Positions 40,067 through 50,409 of a stretch of 64,000 nucleotides of DNA are shown piece by piece. How positions within the stretch are numbered: the first letter of the stretch is position 1; each line of letters begins with the position of its first letter. The translations under genes were made by a program, and so were the position numbers. The notes under the pieces are model-generated. The model saw nothing but the letters and a program-made list of their open reading frames with translations. It had not been told where the DNA came from and did no database searches. Source of the DNA: Nitrosopumilaceae archaeon (GTDB lineage: Archaea; Thermoproteota; Nitrososphaeria; Nitrososphaerales; Nitrosopumilaceae); the NCBI GenBank assembly GCA_965207375.1, contig OZ242274.1:1216001-1280000 (forward strand), written 5' to 3'.

Positions 40067-41740
40067 GTGAGCGACATCTTAGCTAGCTTTCCAGAACAAT
40101 ATATGCCTAGGACGATTCAAAAAGACATTTTACACCAGATAGAGGAAAAATTAGATTCTGGATACAAAAAAATCATACTGTCTGCACCAACTGGGGTAGG
40201 AAAATCGCTGATTGCAGCAGCTACTGCCAGACACTTTGATAATTCATTTATTGTAACTGCATCAAAACATCTACAGGATCAATACAGCAAAGATTTAGAT
40301 TTTTTAAAGCCAATTAAAGGAAAATCCAATTTTGTCTGTCAGAAATTAATGAAAAATCAAAAGATTCACGACTCTTCTAGTGCAATGCGACTCGGCCTAA
40401 CATGTGAAAAAGGAAAATGCATAGAAAAGATTTCAAAAAATGATGTAATAATTGAAGAGACATGTGAATTCAAGCCAAAAATAAAGGAGGTAGCATCAGG
40501 CTTGCACACGACAAGTTCCTGTGATTACTATATGCAAAAATATATCGCACTAGCTGCACCTCATTCGATATGGAACTATTCTGCATATTTTCAGATAATG
40601 AAGTATAACAAACAACTATTTGCAGATTATCTGAACAGACAAATTGCAATTTTTGATGAGGCGCATAAAATTGAAGATCAAATTATACAATTTATAGGAA
40701 TTAACATCTACAAAGGAGTATTAGATGAATGTGAAATAAATATTGACTCGTATGATTTGACAGATATTGATTCTATCATATCGCTGTCTGATGCAATGGC
40801 AGATTATTATGCAAAGAGGTTACATGACTTGGAGGATAATGCATCTACCCAAGACCCAGATGGTAAACTAGAGACAAGATTAGAATCTAGATACCAAAGG
40901 GCAACTAGAGACAGAATAGCGATGCTAGAAAACAAAAAAAATTTTGTTATAAGCAAACCAGAAACAGACTATGAAGGCAACTTTAAATCCATATCGATAA
41001 ATCCCATTGATATCTCAAAATATGTTACAGATTTTTTTCAAACTCCATATCAGCTGTTTATGTCTGCAACAATAGACAGAGCTAGTTTTTGTGAAAATAC
41101 TGGCATTGACCCACAGGAGGTAGCCATAATAGACACCCCCAAATCTCCATTTCCATTAGAGAACAGACAGGTCCGCTTTTTAGATATCAGGCGACTCAAC
41201 AGCAGATCAACTGATGATGACAGACTAGCAATAATTAAAAAAATTGACGATCTCATGAATTTATACTCTGACACACGGGGACTGATTTTAACATCGTCTA
41301 TTTTTTGGTGTAATGAAATCAAAAGACATTTGTCGCCAAAAAATCAAGGACGAATAAAAATATGTCATAGTAAAAATGAAGATGGCAAGACACAGGATGA
41401 AATACTAGACGAGCACGCTAAAACGCCTAATAGCGTATTGCTGTCTTCATCATTGTGGGAGGGCGTGGATCTAAAAGATGATTTATCTAGATTTCAAATA
41501 ATTGCCAAAGTTCCATATCCTAATCTAGCAGAAAAACGAACTAGTGAAAAGATGCAACTTTTTCCACTATGGTATGACAGCCAAACATTGATGAAATTAT
41601 TGCAAGGATTGGGCCGTTCAATTAGAAACGATAAGGACAAGGCAAATACATACGTTTTAGATGCCTCTGTTCATCATGTTTTGAGCAAAGCAAGAAAACT
41701 AATTCCAAAGGCGTATTATGACACATTTGGTTGGAATTAG
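40067..41740 (+). CDS. DinG/XPD-like SF2 helicase
   Basis: APTGVGKS, KGKSNFVC, DEAH, MSAT, WEGVD, QGLGRSIR. Confidence 0.92.
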   Translation: MSDILASFPEQYMPRTIQKDILHQIEEKLDSGYKKIILSAPTGVGKSLIAAATARHFDNSFIVTASKHLQDQYSKDLDFLKPIKGKSNFVCQKLMKNQKIHDSSSAMRLGLTCEKGKCIEKISKNDVIIEETCEFKPKIKEVASGLHTTSSCDYYMQKYIALAAPHSIWNYSAYFQIMKYNKQLFADYLNRQIAIFDEAHKIEDQIIQFIGINIYKGVLDECEINIDSYDLTDIDSIISLSDAMADYYAKRLHDLEDNASTQDPDGKLETRLESRYQRATRDRIAMLENKKNFVISKPETDYEGNFKSISINPIDISKYVTDFFQTPYQLFMSATIDRASFCENTGIDPQEVAIIDTPKSPFPLENRQVRFLDIRRLNSRSTDDDRLAIIKKIDDLMNLYSDTRGLILTSSIFWCNEIKRHLSPKNQGRIKICHSKNEDGKTQDEILDEHAKTPNSVLLSSSLWEGVDLKDDLSRFQIIAKVPYPNLAEKRTSEKMQLFPLWYDSQTLMKLLQGLGRSIRNDKDKANTYVLDASVHHVLSKARKLIPKAYYDTFGWN

Positions 41741-41796
41741 ATGCTTTAACAAATTGACTTAAGTTATCTAGAAAATCAAAAGCAGAAACTATTGAT

Positions 41797-43044
41797 ATGC
41801 CAATTTTAGAATGCACCAAAACTATATCCGTTAGCAACCTTAATAATTTGACGTTAAAATTTCTCATCGTGTATAAAATAATACTTGTTTTTGCATTAAT
41901 TTTCATGATTGGTTTTGCAGCAAGCAGTGCATACTCGCAGGCACAAAGAGCCACATTCCAAGAAACGGCACAAATTTTAGTAGACAGAACAATAACTAGC
42001 AACATAACGTCCTCAGTAACACTACACACAACTAGCAATCAAGAAATCAAAATTCCTACCCAACTGAGTCAGAAAATTCTGCAAAACCCACGAATCGTAT
42101 CTGTAATTTTGACCAATCAGGAAGGGTGTGGCGTATTAGGAATATCTGATCAAAATTGCATTCTAGTCAATGTTTTAAGAGGCCCAGAGGATACCAACAT
42201 CATCAAAGTTCAAGAATCTGCCAAAAAATTTGGTGATAAGATAATTGATGATGTGAATATGGTGTTTGGCACAGATGCAAAGCACCATTCCAGCTATCTG
42301 CATTACCGAGATGCAAATAAGCAGATGCTTGAAACATCAGGTACAGTATCTGGAAAGGATGTAATATCTGCAGTATACGCCATGCCAAAAGAACAAACAC
42401 AATCTATGTATCAAAAAATATCTACATTAACTGTTGCAAGAGAAATTAGAGATGCCGGAGGATTTTATGATGTCGCACATGCCTTGTCGTATCATGATGA
42501 TTCGCACATGGCCTTTTCTATAATTCCGTTAAACGGTAACTTACTGTATCAGATTAAAGTATCTGCAGAGTATGCAGGAGCAGAAGATACAAACCAGTTC
42601 AGACCGCTAGATTATCTCCAAGTAGATGAAATTACGCGCTCAAAATATTTTGAAGGCGGATTTTATCCGCTAAATTCAATATTTCAGATAGTGATGTTAT
42701 CACCCCAGCAAATTCAGCTACATGACACAAACACAAATCCAATTCCAACAGTTACCGTAGATGGTGAGACAATACCTACAGAGCTTGTACAAAATGGTTG
42801 GATATTTGATGAAACTGTGGGGACTAAAATTGAAGGCAAATACCTGTTTGGCACAAAAACGTCTGCAAGCGGAGATGAACTAGCATTGGCATTTGGAGCA
42901 GTTGGAGAATCATCAAAAGTATCTACAAATATGCAAGACGATACAATTGAGCTTGATGAATCAATTGCAATAGTTGCAATAATTGCAATATTTGCAGTAG
43001 CAGCTGCCGGATTTTATCTTAAAGGGTACAGAAAAGGTCCTTAG
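41797..43044 (+). CDS. Exported protein with C-terminal membrane anchor (true start probably ~41870)
   Basis: Hydrophobic leader ending SAYS; C-terminal TM helix followed by LKGYRK. Confidence 0.8.
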   Translation: MPILECTKTISVSNLNNLTLKFLIVYKIILVFALIFMIGFAASSAYSQAQRATFQETAQILVDRTITSNITSSVTLHTTSNQEIKIPTQLSQKILQNPRIVSVILTNQEGCGVLGISDQNCILVNVLRGPEDTNIIKVQESAKKFGDKIIDDVNMVFGTDAKHHSSYLHYRDANKQMLETSGTVSGKDVISAVYAMPKEQTQSMYQKISTLTVAREIRDAGGFYDVAHALSYHDDSHMAFSIIPLNGNLLYQIKVSAEYAGAEDTNQFRPLDYLQVDEITRSKYFEGGFYPLNSIFQIVMLSPQQIQLHDTNTNPIPTVTVDGETIPTELVQNGWIFDETVGTKIEGKYLFGTKTSASGDELALAFGAVGESSKVSTNMQDDTIELDESIAIVAIIAIFAVAAAGFYLKGYRKGP

Positions 43045-43592
43045 AGTAACAATACTGCTGCAGAAAAGACCGTAGTCCATTTACCATCCTTGTCACCTTT
43101 TGCAGTTTGCGTGATGTTTTGTGTTTTGTAGATTTGACCTGAGACATTCCATTGTTGACGCTTTTCGTCCCAGTTTTTATCCACATCAAATGGAATCCCC
43201 AATGAGGATGCCAGCATTTGTGCGGCAATGTCCTCTGCATAATCTCCTGCCTGCTTTTCATTTTGACCAAATGAATCGTATTCAGAAAGGTATCCGTATC
43301 TGTTTGGATCAGCGGGTCTTGCTATTCCTACAGATGCACCACACAATCTGTGTGGTTCGTTGGTTTGATTGCGGGAATAAATTGTAAATAGGATTTGTCC
43401 TGGACTGATTTCTTTTAGTCCTGCGGCTCGTGAGACAAGTTTTGCATTTGGCGGAAAAATACTGGAAATCAGTACGATGTTGGTTCCTGCGATTCCTGCA
43501 TCTCGTAAAGCATATTCAAAACTAGTCAATCTGTCCTCATGGATGCCTTTTCCACGAGTCAAAAATAGCTTTTTAGCAACTAAATCTAGCAA
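43041..43592 (-). CDS. pdaD: Pyruvoyl-dependent arginine decarboxylase
   Basis: SFEYALRDAGI..NIVLISSIFPP, YGYLSEY, AEDIAAQML. Confidence 0.93.
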   Translation of the reverse strand: MLDLVAKKLFLTRGKGIHEDRLTSFEYALRDAGIAGTNIVLISSIFPPNAKLVSRAAGLKEISPGQILFTIYSRNQTNEPHRLCGASVGIARPADPNRYGYLSEYDSFGQNEKQAGDYAEDIAAQMLASSLGIPFDVDKNWDEKRQQWNVSGQIYKTQNITQTAKGDKDGKWTTVFSAAVLLL

Positions 43593-43925
43593 ATCTGAAT
43601 TGAGAAAATATTGTTAATTATTTATATTATTTGCATGTCTCATCAAAATACGTATATGACAGTTGGGTTTTAGATGCATGATTTTATAATGATTATCTAA
43701 ATTCTCCATTCTGACCTCAGTTGCAGTGTTTTATTGTGGATTTTTGACTAGAGAATTAATACCTCCTATCTAATCTGATTTGCTTTAAAAATCAAATAAT
43801 TTCTCAACTCTTGGCCTGAATATTTTTGATAAAATGCTTTTTGAAATAATGTTAGATCTTTTTGCAAGGTTAGAAATATTTAGATTCTGCATAGTCATGC
43901 AAATGTGTACATGATTTTTTTGCAA

Positions 43926-44018
43926 GTGTTAACGTCACGCCTAAATTTTTATTTTATTTTTTGATGGCAAAGTAATCTCATATATGAAATTACCATAAAT
44001 TCAAAACAACGTTAACAG
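43926..44018 (+). repeat. ~92-bp dispersed non-coding repeat (MITE/REP-like), copy A
   Basis: gtgttaacgtcacgcctaaatttttattttatttttt...aaattaccataaattcaaaacaacgttaacag; inverted ends tgttaacgt/acgttaaca. Confidence 0.8.
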
Positions 44019-44246
44019 ACACATTTTTTATTATTCTATTATATTACCTGGTATTACAAGCAATATTGTTAGTTGCTAGCTGTGTTGTAATTATGTTTTT
44101 TAAAATTTTTAGATGCAAATTTGCAAAACATGATTTATAATCAAAAAAGATGACATCACTTGGATGTTTAATTCACATTGCAGTGTGAATCAGAATCTGC
44201 CTAGTTTTTGTTAATGCTTGCAACAAAAAACTTTATTGCCTTGTAC

Positions 44247-44456
44247 TCATTTGTCGCCGCTACGCTTTTTCTTTCTATAATCACGTGGGCGCGGGGCCTG
44301 TGTTAGAAATATCCATCCAAAAAATCCACCCAAACACAAATTGATTGTTCCTAACATGGTAAGATAAAACGCCGAAAAATTCAACCCCATCACGATTCCA
44401 ACAGTACCGGTTCCAAAGAACATAGCCATGATGACTTTGAGCCTGTACGGTTCCAT
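44247..44456 (-). CDS. Small two-TM membrane protein
   Basis: Start trimmed to MEPYRLKVIMAMFFG; two hydrophobic segments and a basic tail. Confidence 0.75.
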   Translation of the reverse strand: MEPYRLKVIMAMFFGTGTVGIVMGLNFSAFYLTMLGTINLCLGGFFGWIFLTQAPRPRDYRKKKRSGDK

Positions 44457-44560
44457 GTACTTGAGTTTAAACACGATTTGCTCAAGGTTTGAGCATATTA
44501 AAAACTGACGGTAAAAATTGAGATAACACTTTAAAGCTTCAAGATGGGCAAAAAATTCGT

Positions 44561-44635
44561 GCCAATGTAGCTCAGCCTGGCTAGAGCATTCGCCTTGTAA
44601 GCGAAAGGTCATGGGTTCAGATCCCATCATTGGCT
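44561..44635 (+). tRNA. tRNA-Thr(TGT)
   Basis: GCCAATG/CATTGGC acceptor; TTCGC-CT-TGT-AA-GCGAA anticodon arm; ATGGG-TTCAGAT-CCCAT T-arm; TTTAAAG box upstream. Confidence 0.96.
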
Positions 44636-44843
44636 TTATACTATAATTGACAGAGGTACAGTCTGTCACAGTCTGTACATCAAATTTTAGACACATCTTG
44701 GACAAACAATGCCTTGGGTTCATCCTTTAATCTGCTGATATTCAAGGGTTTATTAATAGTCAAAATAGCTTGCGCATATCGCAATAATGACGGACTGGCA
44801 ATGAGCTTTTCTGTCATTGCTATGAGAAAGAGAAAAAGAGAAA

Positions 44844-46670
44844 ATGACAAAATTTGAGGAATTGGGGATAAAGACATCCATCTTGGAAGGATTAGCCAAG
44901 CTTGGCTTTGATGAGGCGTTTCCGATTCAAGAGGCGACCATACCTGTATTACTTTCAGGAAGAGATGTTGTAGGTCAAGCACATACAGGCTCTGGAAAAA
45001 CTGCTGCATTTGGAATTTCAATGTTGCAACAAATCAAACAGGGCGGAGGAATTCAGGGTCTCGTCATGGCACCAACTAGAGAGCTTGCAAATCAAATATC
45101 TGATGAGATTAAAAAATTCGGTAAATTTACTGGAATTAAGGTGGTGACAATTTATGGCGGCCAAGGAATGGGAATTCAACTTGATGCATTAAGAAAAAAT
45201 CCAGAAATAGTTGTGGCAACACCTGGCAGACTAATTGATCATATAAACAGAGGATCTATTGTTTTAGAAAACATATCTCATGTTGTATTAGATGAGGCAG
45301 ATACCATGCTAGACATGGGATTTATTGATGATATAAAATTCGTATTACAACTAACTCCTGATGAGAAAACAATGTCTTTGTTTTCAGCTACGATGCCTGT
45401 GGACATTCTCAGACTTGCCGAAGAGCATCTTCGAGATGCAAAACAATTCCTACTAGACGCAGACGATCTAAGTGGCGAGGGAATTGATCAGTCGTATCTA
45501 GTCATAAAAGATAGGGACAAGCCAGAACACCTCTTTAATTTTATCAACGAAAATGATGGAAAACAATGCATAGTATTTTGCTCTACTAAATACAGAACAC
45601 GTGATGTAGCATATCTGCTAAGAAAAAAATACAACACAGTAGTTATTGAAGGAGACATGTCGCAACCCAAAAGAGAGGCATCTATGTCAAGATTCAGACA
45701 GGGAAAGGCACAAATCTTGGTGGCCACAGATGTGGCATCAAGGGGAATCGATGTCCCACAAGTTTCGTTGGTAATCAACTATGATGTGCCAAATCAAGAC
45801 ATGACATACTTTCACAGGATTGGAAGGACCGCAAGAGCAGGTGCAAAGGGTCGTGCCATCACTTTGGTGTCATATTCCTCTATTGGAGATTTCAACATAA
45901 TAAAGCGTCAAATCAAGGTAGACCTAAAAGATCTCAACAAAGAAATGGGAATTGAAATTTCTATCCCAGATCCGCTAAAGCGAGATGTTGCACCTAGAAG
46001 ATACGGATCATACTCTCGTGGAAATAGAGACAAGCGCGGATTTGGACGCAGAGATAACAGAAGCTCTCGAGGTGGATTTGGACGCAGAGATGATAGAAAT
46101 TCCGGCAGTGGATACAGAAACAGTGGATTCAGACGAGACGGTGACAGAAACAGTGGATTCAGACGAGACGGTGACAGAAACAGTGGATTCAGACGAGACG
46201 GTGACAGAAACAGTGGATTCAGACGAGACGGTGACAGAAACAATGACAGAAACAGTGGATTCAGACGAGACGGTGACAGAAACAATGACAGAAACAGTGG
46301 ATTCAGACGAGACGGTGACAGAAACAGTGGATTCAGACGAGACGGTGACAGAAACAGTGGATTCAGACGAGACGGTGACAGAAACAGTGGATTCAGACGA
46401 GACGGTGACAGAAACAGTGGATTCAGACGAGACGGTGACAGAAACAGTGGATTCAGACGAGACGGTGACAGAAACAGTGGATTCAGACGAGACGGTGACA
46501 GAAACAGTGGATTCAGACGAGACGGTGACAGAAACAGTGGATTCAGACGAGACGGTGAAAAAATCAGCAGTTATAGAAATCAAAGACGTGATGGAGACGG
46601 TGGCAAACCTGGATACAAAAACCAGTCTGAGAACCGAAAGAAATTTGGAAATCTGCGCAGCAGATGGTAA
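44844..46670 (+). CDS. DEAD-box RNA helicase (DeaD/CshA-like) with repetitive R/D/G tail
   Basis: AHTGSGKT, PTRELA, TPGR, DEAD, SAT, SRGID, HRIGRTARAG. Confidence 0.96.
   Translation: MTKFEELGIKTSILEGLAKLGFDEAFPIQEATIPVLLSGRDVVGQAHTGSGKTAAFGISMLQQIKQGGGIQGLVMAPTRELANQISDEIKKFGKFTGIKVVTIYGGQGMGIQLDALRKNPEIVVATPGRLIDHINRGSIVLENISHVVLDEADTMLDMGFIDDIKFVLQLTPDEKTMSLFSATMPVDILRLAEEHLRDAKQFLLDADDLSGEGIDQSYLVIKDRDKPEHLFNFINENDGKQCIVFCSTKYRTRDVAYLLRKKYNTVVIEGDMSQPKREASMSRFRQGKAQILVATDVASRGIDVPQVSLVINYDVPNQDMTYFHRIGRTARAGAKGRAITLVSYSSIGDFNIIKRQIKVDLKDLNKEMGIEISIPDPLKRDVAPRRYGSYSRGNRDKRGFGRRDNRSSRGGFGRRDDRNSGSGYRNSGFRRDGDRNSGFRRDGDRNSGFRRDGDRNSGFRRDGDRNNDRNSGFRRDGDRNNDRNSGFRRDGDRNSGFRRDGDRNSGFRRDGDRNSGFRRDGDRNSGFRRDGDRNSGFRRDGDRNSGFRRDGDRNSGFRRDGDRNSGFRRDGEKISSYRNQRRDGDGGKPGYKNQSENRKKFGNLRSRW
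46117..46558 (+). repeat. Coding tandem repeat, 14 x 30 bp (NSGFRRDGDR) with two 12-bp inserts
   Basis: Unit gaaacagtggattcagacgagacggtgaca, counted by eye. Confidence 0.95.
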
Positions 46671-46715
46671 TTTTATAAACTTTAAGAGTCAGTGTGTGAT
46701 AATTAAGAATATAGA

Positions 46716-46952
46716 ATGCATATAGGCTATGTTTTACTAAACTGTGATCTTGGAGCAGAGGAATACCTCGTAGAGCAAATCAAACAAATACCTCATGTTA
46801 AACATGCATATCTTACGTTTGGTGCATATGATGTAGTAGCAGAGATTCATGCAGATACTCAAGAGGATTTTGAATACACTGTAGGCAGCAAGGTGAGAAA
46901 ATTATCAAGGGTCGTAAGCACCATGACTCTAAATGTAATAAACCCCGAATGA
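46716..46952 (+). CDS. Lrp/AsnC ligand-binding domain protein
   Basis: YVLLNCDLGAE, TFGAYDVVAEI, STMTL. Confidence 0.87.
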   Translation: MHIGYVLLNCDLGAEEYLVEQIKQIPHVKHAYLTFGAYDVVAEIHADTQEDFEYTVGSKVRKLSRVVSTMTLNVINPE

Positions 46953-46985
46953 CAGTTATATGAGACACTAAGAGTTTGAAAAAAG

Positions 46986-47273
46986 ATGGATAAAATAGAA
47001 TATACGGACAAGGTTTTTGCAATCAATCACAACAACCCTGAACCACTAGTCAAACACGCACTTCATCAATTGGAGCTGCACGGAATAAAAAAAGAGGACA
47101 TAGAATTAACAGACGCACCTGAAAATGTACAGGTGGGAGCAATAGTGGTTGAAATTTGGCCATATCATCTAGATGTGGCAAGAGTTAGAACAATTCGAAA
47201 TGAATCTTTTATCAGCGGAACCGTAATGACAATTGAGTTAAAAATAGATGCAGATGGAGAATACACAGACTAA
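46986..47273 (+). CDS. Hypothetical protein
   Basis: 95-aa ORF in co-oriented cluster. Confidence 0.75.
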   Translation: MDKIEYTDKVFAINHNNPEPLVKHALHQLELHGIKKEDIELTDAPENVQVGAIVVEIWPYHLDVARVRTIRNESFISGTVMTIELKIDADGEYTD

Positions 47274-47314
47274 ATTACAAAATTAATATCAAGGACACCA
47301 TAAAGTAAAACATC

Positions 47315-47812
47315 TTGAAAAAAAGACAGAAACAAAACCTAATCATGGCAGCAATTGTAGTTGTTATCATTGCAAGCTTGGCAGGATACAGCTATTCGCT
47401 GGAACAAACAAGACAGGTTGGATTTATTTTTGGAAATGAAATTTTTGCAATTCAAGAAAAATTAAAAAATTACCAGGCAGCATTTAGCTCTATGACAACA
47501 CAGTGGGAGGAAGGAGATCTCACAGAATCAGAATTAAATAAATTTGCAAAGAATCACTTTGATAAAATGACTCAATTGATATCTGAATATGACAAACTAA
47601 TACCTCCAAAATCATTTGAATCATCTGTGGCCATCTTCAAATTATCTGCACAATCTCAGCTGGAAAGTGACAGGGAGTATATTTTATGGCTACAAACCGG
47701 AGATGATGCACACCTTATAAGATCTGATGCATTGATTCAAGAGTCATTTGAATATGATACTGCAGCATTAGGAGAATTTAACCGCGCAAAGATTGGAATT
47801 GAGGTACCGTAA
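47315..47812 (+). CDS. Hypothetical protein with N-terminal membrane anchor
   Basis: Basic N-terminus plus TM helix, helical body. Confidence 0.75.
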   Translation: MKKRQKQNLIMAAIVVVIIASLAGYSYSLEQTRQVGFIFGNEIFAIQEKLKNYQAAFSSMTTQWEEGDLTESELNKFAKNHFDKMTQLISEYDKLIPPKSFESSVAIFKLSAQSQLESDREYILWLQTGDDAHLIRSDALIQESFEYDTAALGEFNRAKIGIEVP

Positions 47813-47840
47813 TTCTTTAATTTTTGAATACGTAACAAAT

Positions 47841-48599
47841 ATGATGAAAAAGTATCTTTTAGCAATGGTTTTGGCGACTTTTTTGATGCCTGCATATGCT
47901 GAGGTCTCAATACACAATGATCAAAAATACCTTGCAGATGATCAAAGCATACACATTGTGGGTGAACTACAAAATGATTTGGAATATACAATAAGTCAGG
48001 TCTCAATCAAGGCCACCCTATATTCAGAAGATAACGAAATTTTAGACATAAAAAGTGTAGATTCCCTAGTTAGAACGATATCGCCTGGAATGAAGGCGCC
48101 CTTTGACATAGTTATCATAGATAAAAAATCAAAGGAAATGGCAAATTACGACCTAGAGCTGACCTATCAAATCAGTGCACCAAAAAGCCAAGTGATAGAG
48201 ATTACCAATTCACAATTGATACGAGACAAATTAAACAACTTGATGATTTCAGGAACCGTTACAAACAAGGGAGAAATCACTGCAAATACCGTATCTATAG
48301 TTGCCACATTGTATGATATCTCAGGCAATGTGGTAGCCGTTTCAAAGCTGCATGCAGAGCCTGATTATCTAAGAAGCAATGATCAAACTCATTTTGTGGT
48401 TATTGTTCCAGATAAGACAAAGTCTGATTCTGTACGCGACTATGTGCTAGTGGCCGAATCCGAAGAATACGCAGCCGTTCCAGAGTTTCCAATTGGTTCG
48501 GGATTGCTATTGGCAGGGTCTGTGGGAGCATATGTCCTAATTACAAGGGTGCCGAATCGATTTATAGCAAGTTTAGTGTCTGTAACCGATTTAAAATAG
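47841..48599 (+). CDS. Exported FxLYD-domain protein with PEF-type C-terminal sorting signal
   Basis: Signal peptide ending PAYA; two ATLY(S/D) repeats; VPEFP + TM + basic tail. Confidence 0.85.
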   Translation: MMKKYLLAMVLATFLMPAYAEVSIHNDQKYLADDQSIHIVGELQNDLEYTISQVSIKATLYSEDNEILDIKSVDSLVRTISPGMKAPFDIVIIDKKSKEMANYDLELTYQISAPKSQVIEITNSQLIRDKLNNLMISGTVTNKGEITANTVSIVATLYDISGNVVAVSKLHAEPDYLRSNDQTHFVVIVPDKTKSDSVRDYVLVAESEEYAAVPEFPIGSGLLLAGSVGAYVLITRVPNRFIASLVSVTDLK

Positions 48600-49026
48600 A
48601 CTCTATGTTTTCATAAATGATTTTCTTGTCTAGGGCAATGGGATTTTCAAACCTTACCTCCATTGTGATGCTGAGCATATCTTGATCTGTGTGTGAAACC
48701 GATATGGAATGCGTACTCTTAAAGGAGGAGAGAAATTTTTTCCAGTCTGATATGCGGGTAAGTGATGATTGCACCTGTTCTGTTAGGCCATCTATTAACA
48801 TGAACTCTTCGGTAAATATTCCGAATTTGACCATGGGAACGGTCAGAAAACCACGGGTGATTTTGTCTGAATTTTTATGCATCTGCTCAATTATCTCCAA
48901 TTCTTTTTCAGGAGATTTTATTTTTCCATAATCGGGATCAAAATACCCTGCAACCTGCTTTTTAGAGTCATAGATTTTGTAAAAATACTCTTCAAAATCC
49001 AACTTCCACATGTATTTTCCAAACAA
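48562..49026 (-). CDS. Hypothetical protein
   Basis: 154-aa ORF, start uncertain. Confidence 0.7.
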   Translation of the reverse strand: MFGKYMWKLDFEEYFYKIYDSKKQVAGYFDPDYGKIKSPEKELEIIEQMHKNSDKITRGFLTVPMVKFGIFTEEFMLIDGLTEQVQSSLTRISDWKKFLSSFKSTHSISVSHTDQDMLSITMEVRFENPIALDKKIIYENIESILNRLQTLNLL

Positions 49027-49046
49027 AAGTGTTAGATAAACGTAAT

Positions 49047-49343
49047 TTAGCAGTTACAGATTGGTTTTGACCCAGTTGATTGTTCAAAGTCTGCTATCAT
49101 CTTTTTCTGAGTTTTGTCAGGATCATCGACAAAGAGTTTCTGATAGGTGTATGTTTTTTGTTTACATTTGTCTGATTCAAAATCCGTATCAAGATATTTT
49201 GTAAACTGTTCTTGAAGGTTTTGTGCAGCACCGATAAATAAGACGGTAGATTTTCTGTCATAAAAAACGTAGATTGCAGGTCTGGGTTTTACAAACCTGG
49301 CACTGTCTATCCACACTTGAACCTTTTCTTCTAAAATTTCCAT
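49047..49343 (-). CDS. GIY-YIG-like small protein
   Basis: PAIYVFYD...LFIGAAQNLQ...KPICN. Confidence 0.7.
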   Translation of the reverse strand: MEILEEKVQVWIDSARFVKPRPAIYVFYDRKSTVLFIGAAQNLQEQFTKYLDTDFESDKCKQKTYTYQKLFVDDPDKTQKKMIADFEQSTGSKPICNC

Positions 49344-49530
49344 GGCTCTAATTTGTCAAATAATACTGTGCAGAACACTCTTTGCAGCAAAAAATACTAA
49401 TAAATAATTCAAATTCCTTATTACAATTTTTACAATGCGTCAACATATAACAATTTGATGTGAGCCTAGTATAAGAACTATATACAAATGCAAAGAATCA
49501 ACTTAATAATTTGAATCATTCACAAATATC

Positions 49531-49854
49531 ATGACCATATCAAAGGAGAACAAAGAGTTCATTGCTGGCTTGATTGATTATTACATATCTACTGCCTCCT
49601 CATACAAGGATTTGGCTCGGGTATACAGCGACTTTACTGATTCTCTTGAAGATACTACACTAGGCATGATAACAGGAAGCATTTATTCTAGTTTTATGCA
49701 GATTTATCAAAACCAACAGGTGACACCTAGCATTGAAGATATTGATGAATTCAATCAAATGATAAAGGCTAGATCATCTGAAATTAAAAAGGCAATCTTG
49801 GAATTAAAACCTGAAAAAGAAACTCTGATATCAAATACAGATACTAGAAAATAA
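49531..49854 (+). CDS. Hypothetical protein
   Basis: 107-aa ORF with upstream TATA-like ttaata. Confidence 0.72.
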   Translation: MTISKENKEFIAGLIDYYISTASSYKDLARVYSDFTDSLEDTTLGMITGSIYSSFMQIYQNQQVTPSIEDIDEFNQMIKARSSEIKKAILELKPEKETLISNTDTRK

Positions 49855-50192
49855 AATGTGCAACACGTGTATAGAATAGATTTAGCTGTATCTGCAAAAG
49901 TCGTAACATGTCTACTTTTTAAATCTGTGTGCAAAAAACTCCAAGCATATTCTTGGGGTTTTATATGTGATTTAGACGCAGGCACTTGAGCCAAAGTGTT
50001 GTCAAAAATCATACAAACAGGGTTTATGCCTCCTAATTTTCCCTGCTGTGACATGTCAGAATGTATTTGCCTTTAGTTCTTTACAAATTCTGATGGTTTG
50101 TTTGTATTTGATTTGCAAATTATAAGGCCTATGAATATGTCCTTGGCACAAAACATGGATACAATTATAATTTTTGAATAAATGGGATAATC

Positions 50193-50285
50193 ATGAAAGC
50201 GAATGGGAGCAAAGTGATCTTCTTTTTAGGTGTGGGCTTTTCGCTAGTTGTAGCAATGATTAGTTTGATGTTTGCATTAGGATAA
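50193..50285 (+). CDS. Single-TM micropeptide (30 aa, not in ORF track)
   Basis: MKANGSKVIFFLGVGFSLVVAMISLMFALG. Confidence 0.45.
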   Translation: MKANGSKVIFFLGVGFSLVVAMISLMFALG

Positions 50286-50409
50286 ATGAAAATCAGTTTA
50301 GAACATGTACATGAATTAAAAATTTAGTTAAAAATCGCAAACAGTTCAAACAAACTTTTAGAGTTTCTTTGATCCTTGTTATATATTGTTTTTACATAAC
50401 TTGTACAGG

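Noticed and set aside
44247-45021. Long versions of the minus-strand ORFs 44247-44723 and 44680-45021
   Set aside because: They overlap tRNA-Thr and the helicase; only 44247-44456 looks like a real gene
46117-46558. 30-bp repeats as a CRISPR array
   Set aside because: Units are head-to-tail with no unique spacers, lie in frame within the helicase, and no cas genes are present in the window
45985-46725. 246-aa acidic ORF (TVDSDETVTE)n and its antisense counterparts
   Set aside because: These are alternative frames of the stop-free tandem repeat inside the helicase gene
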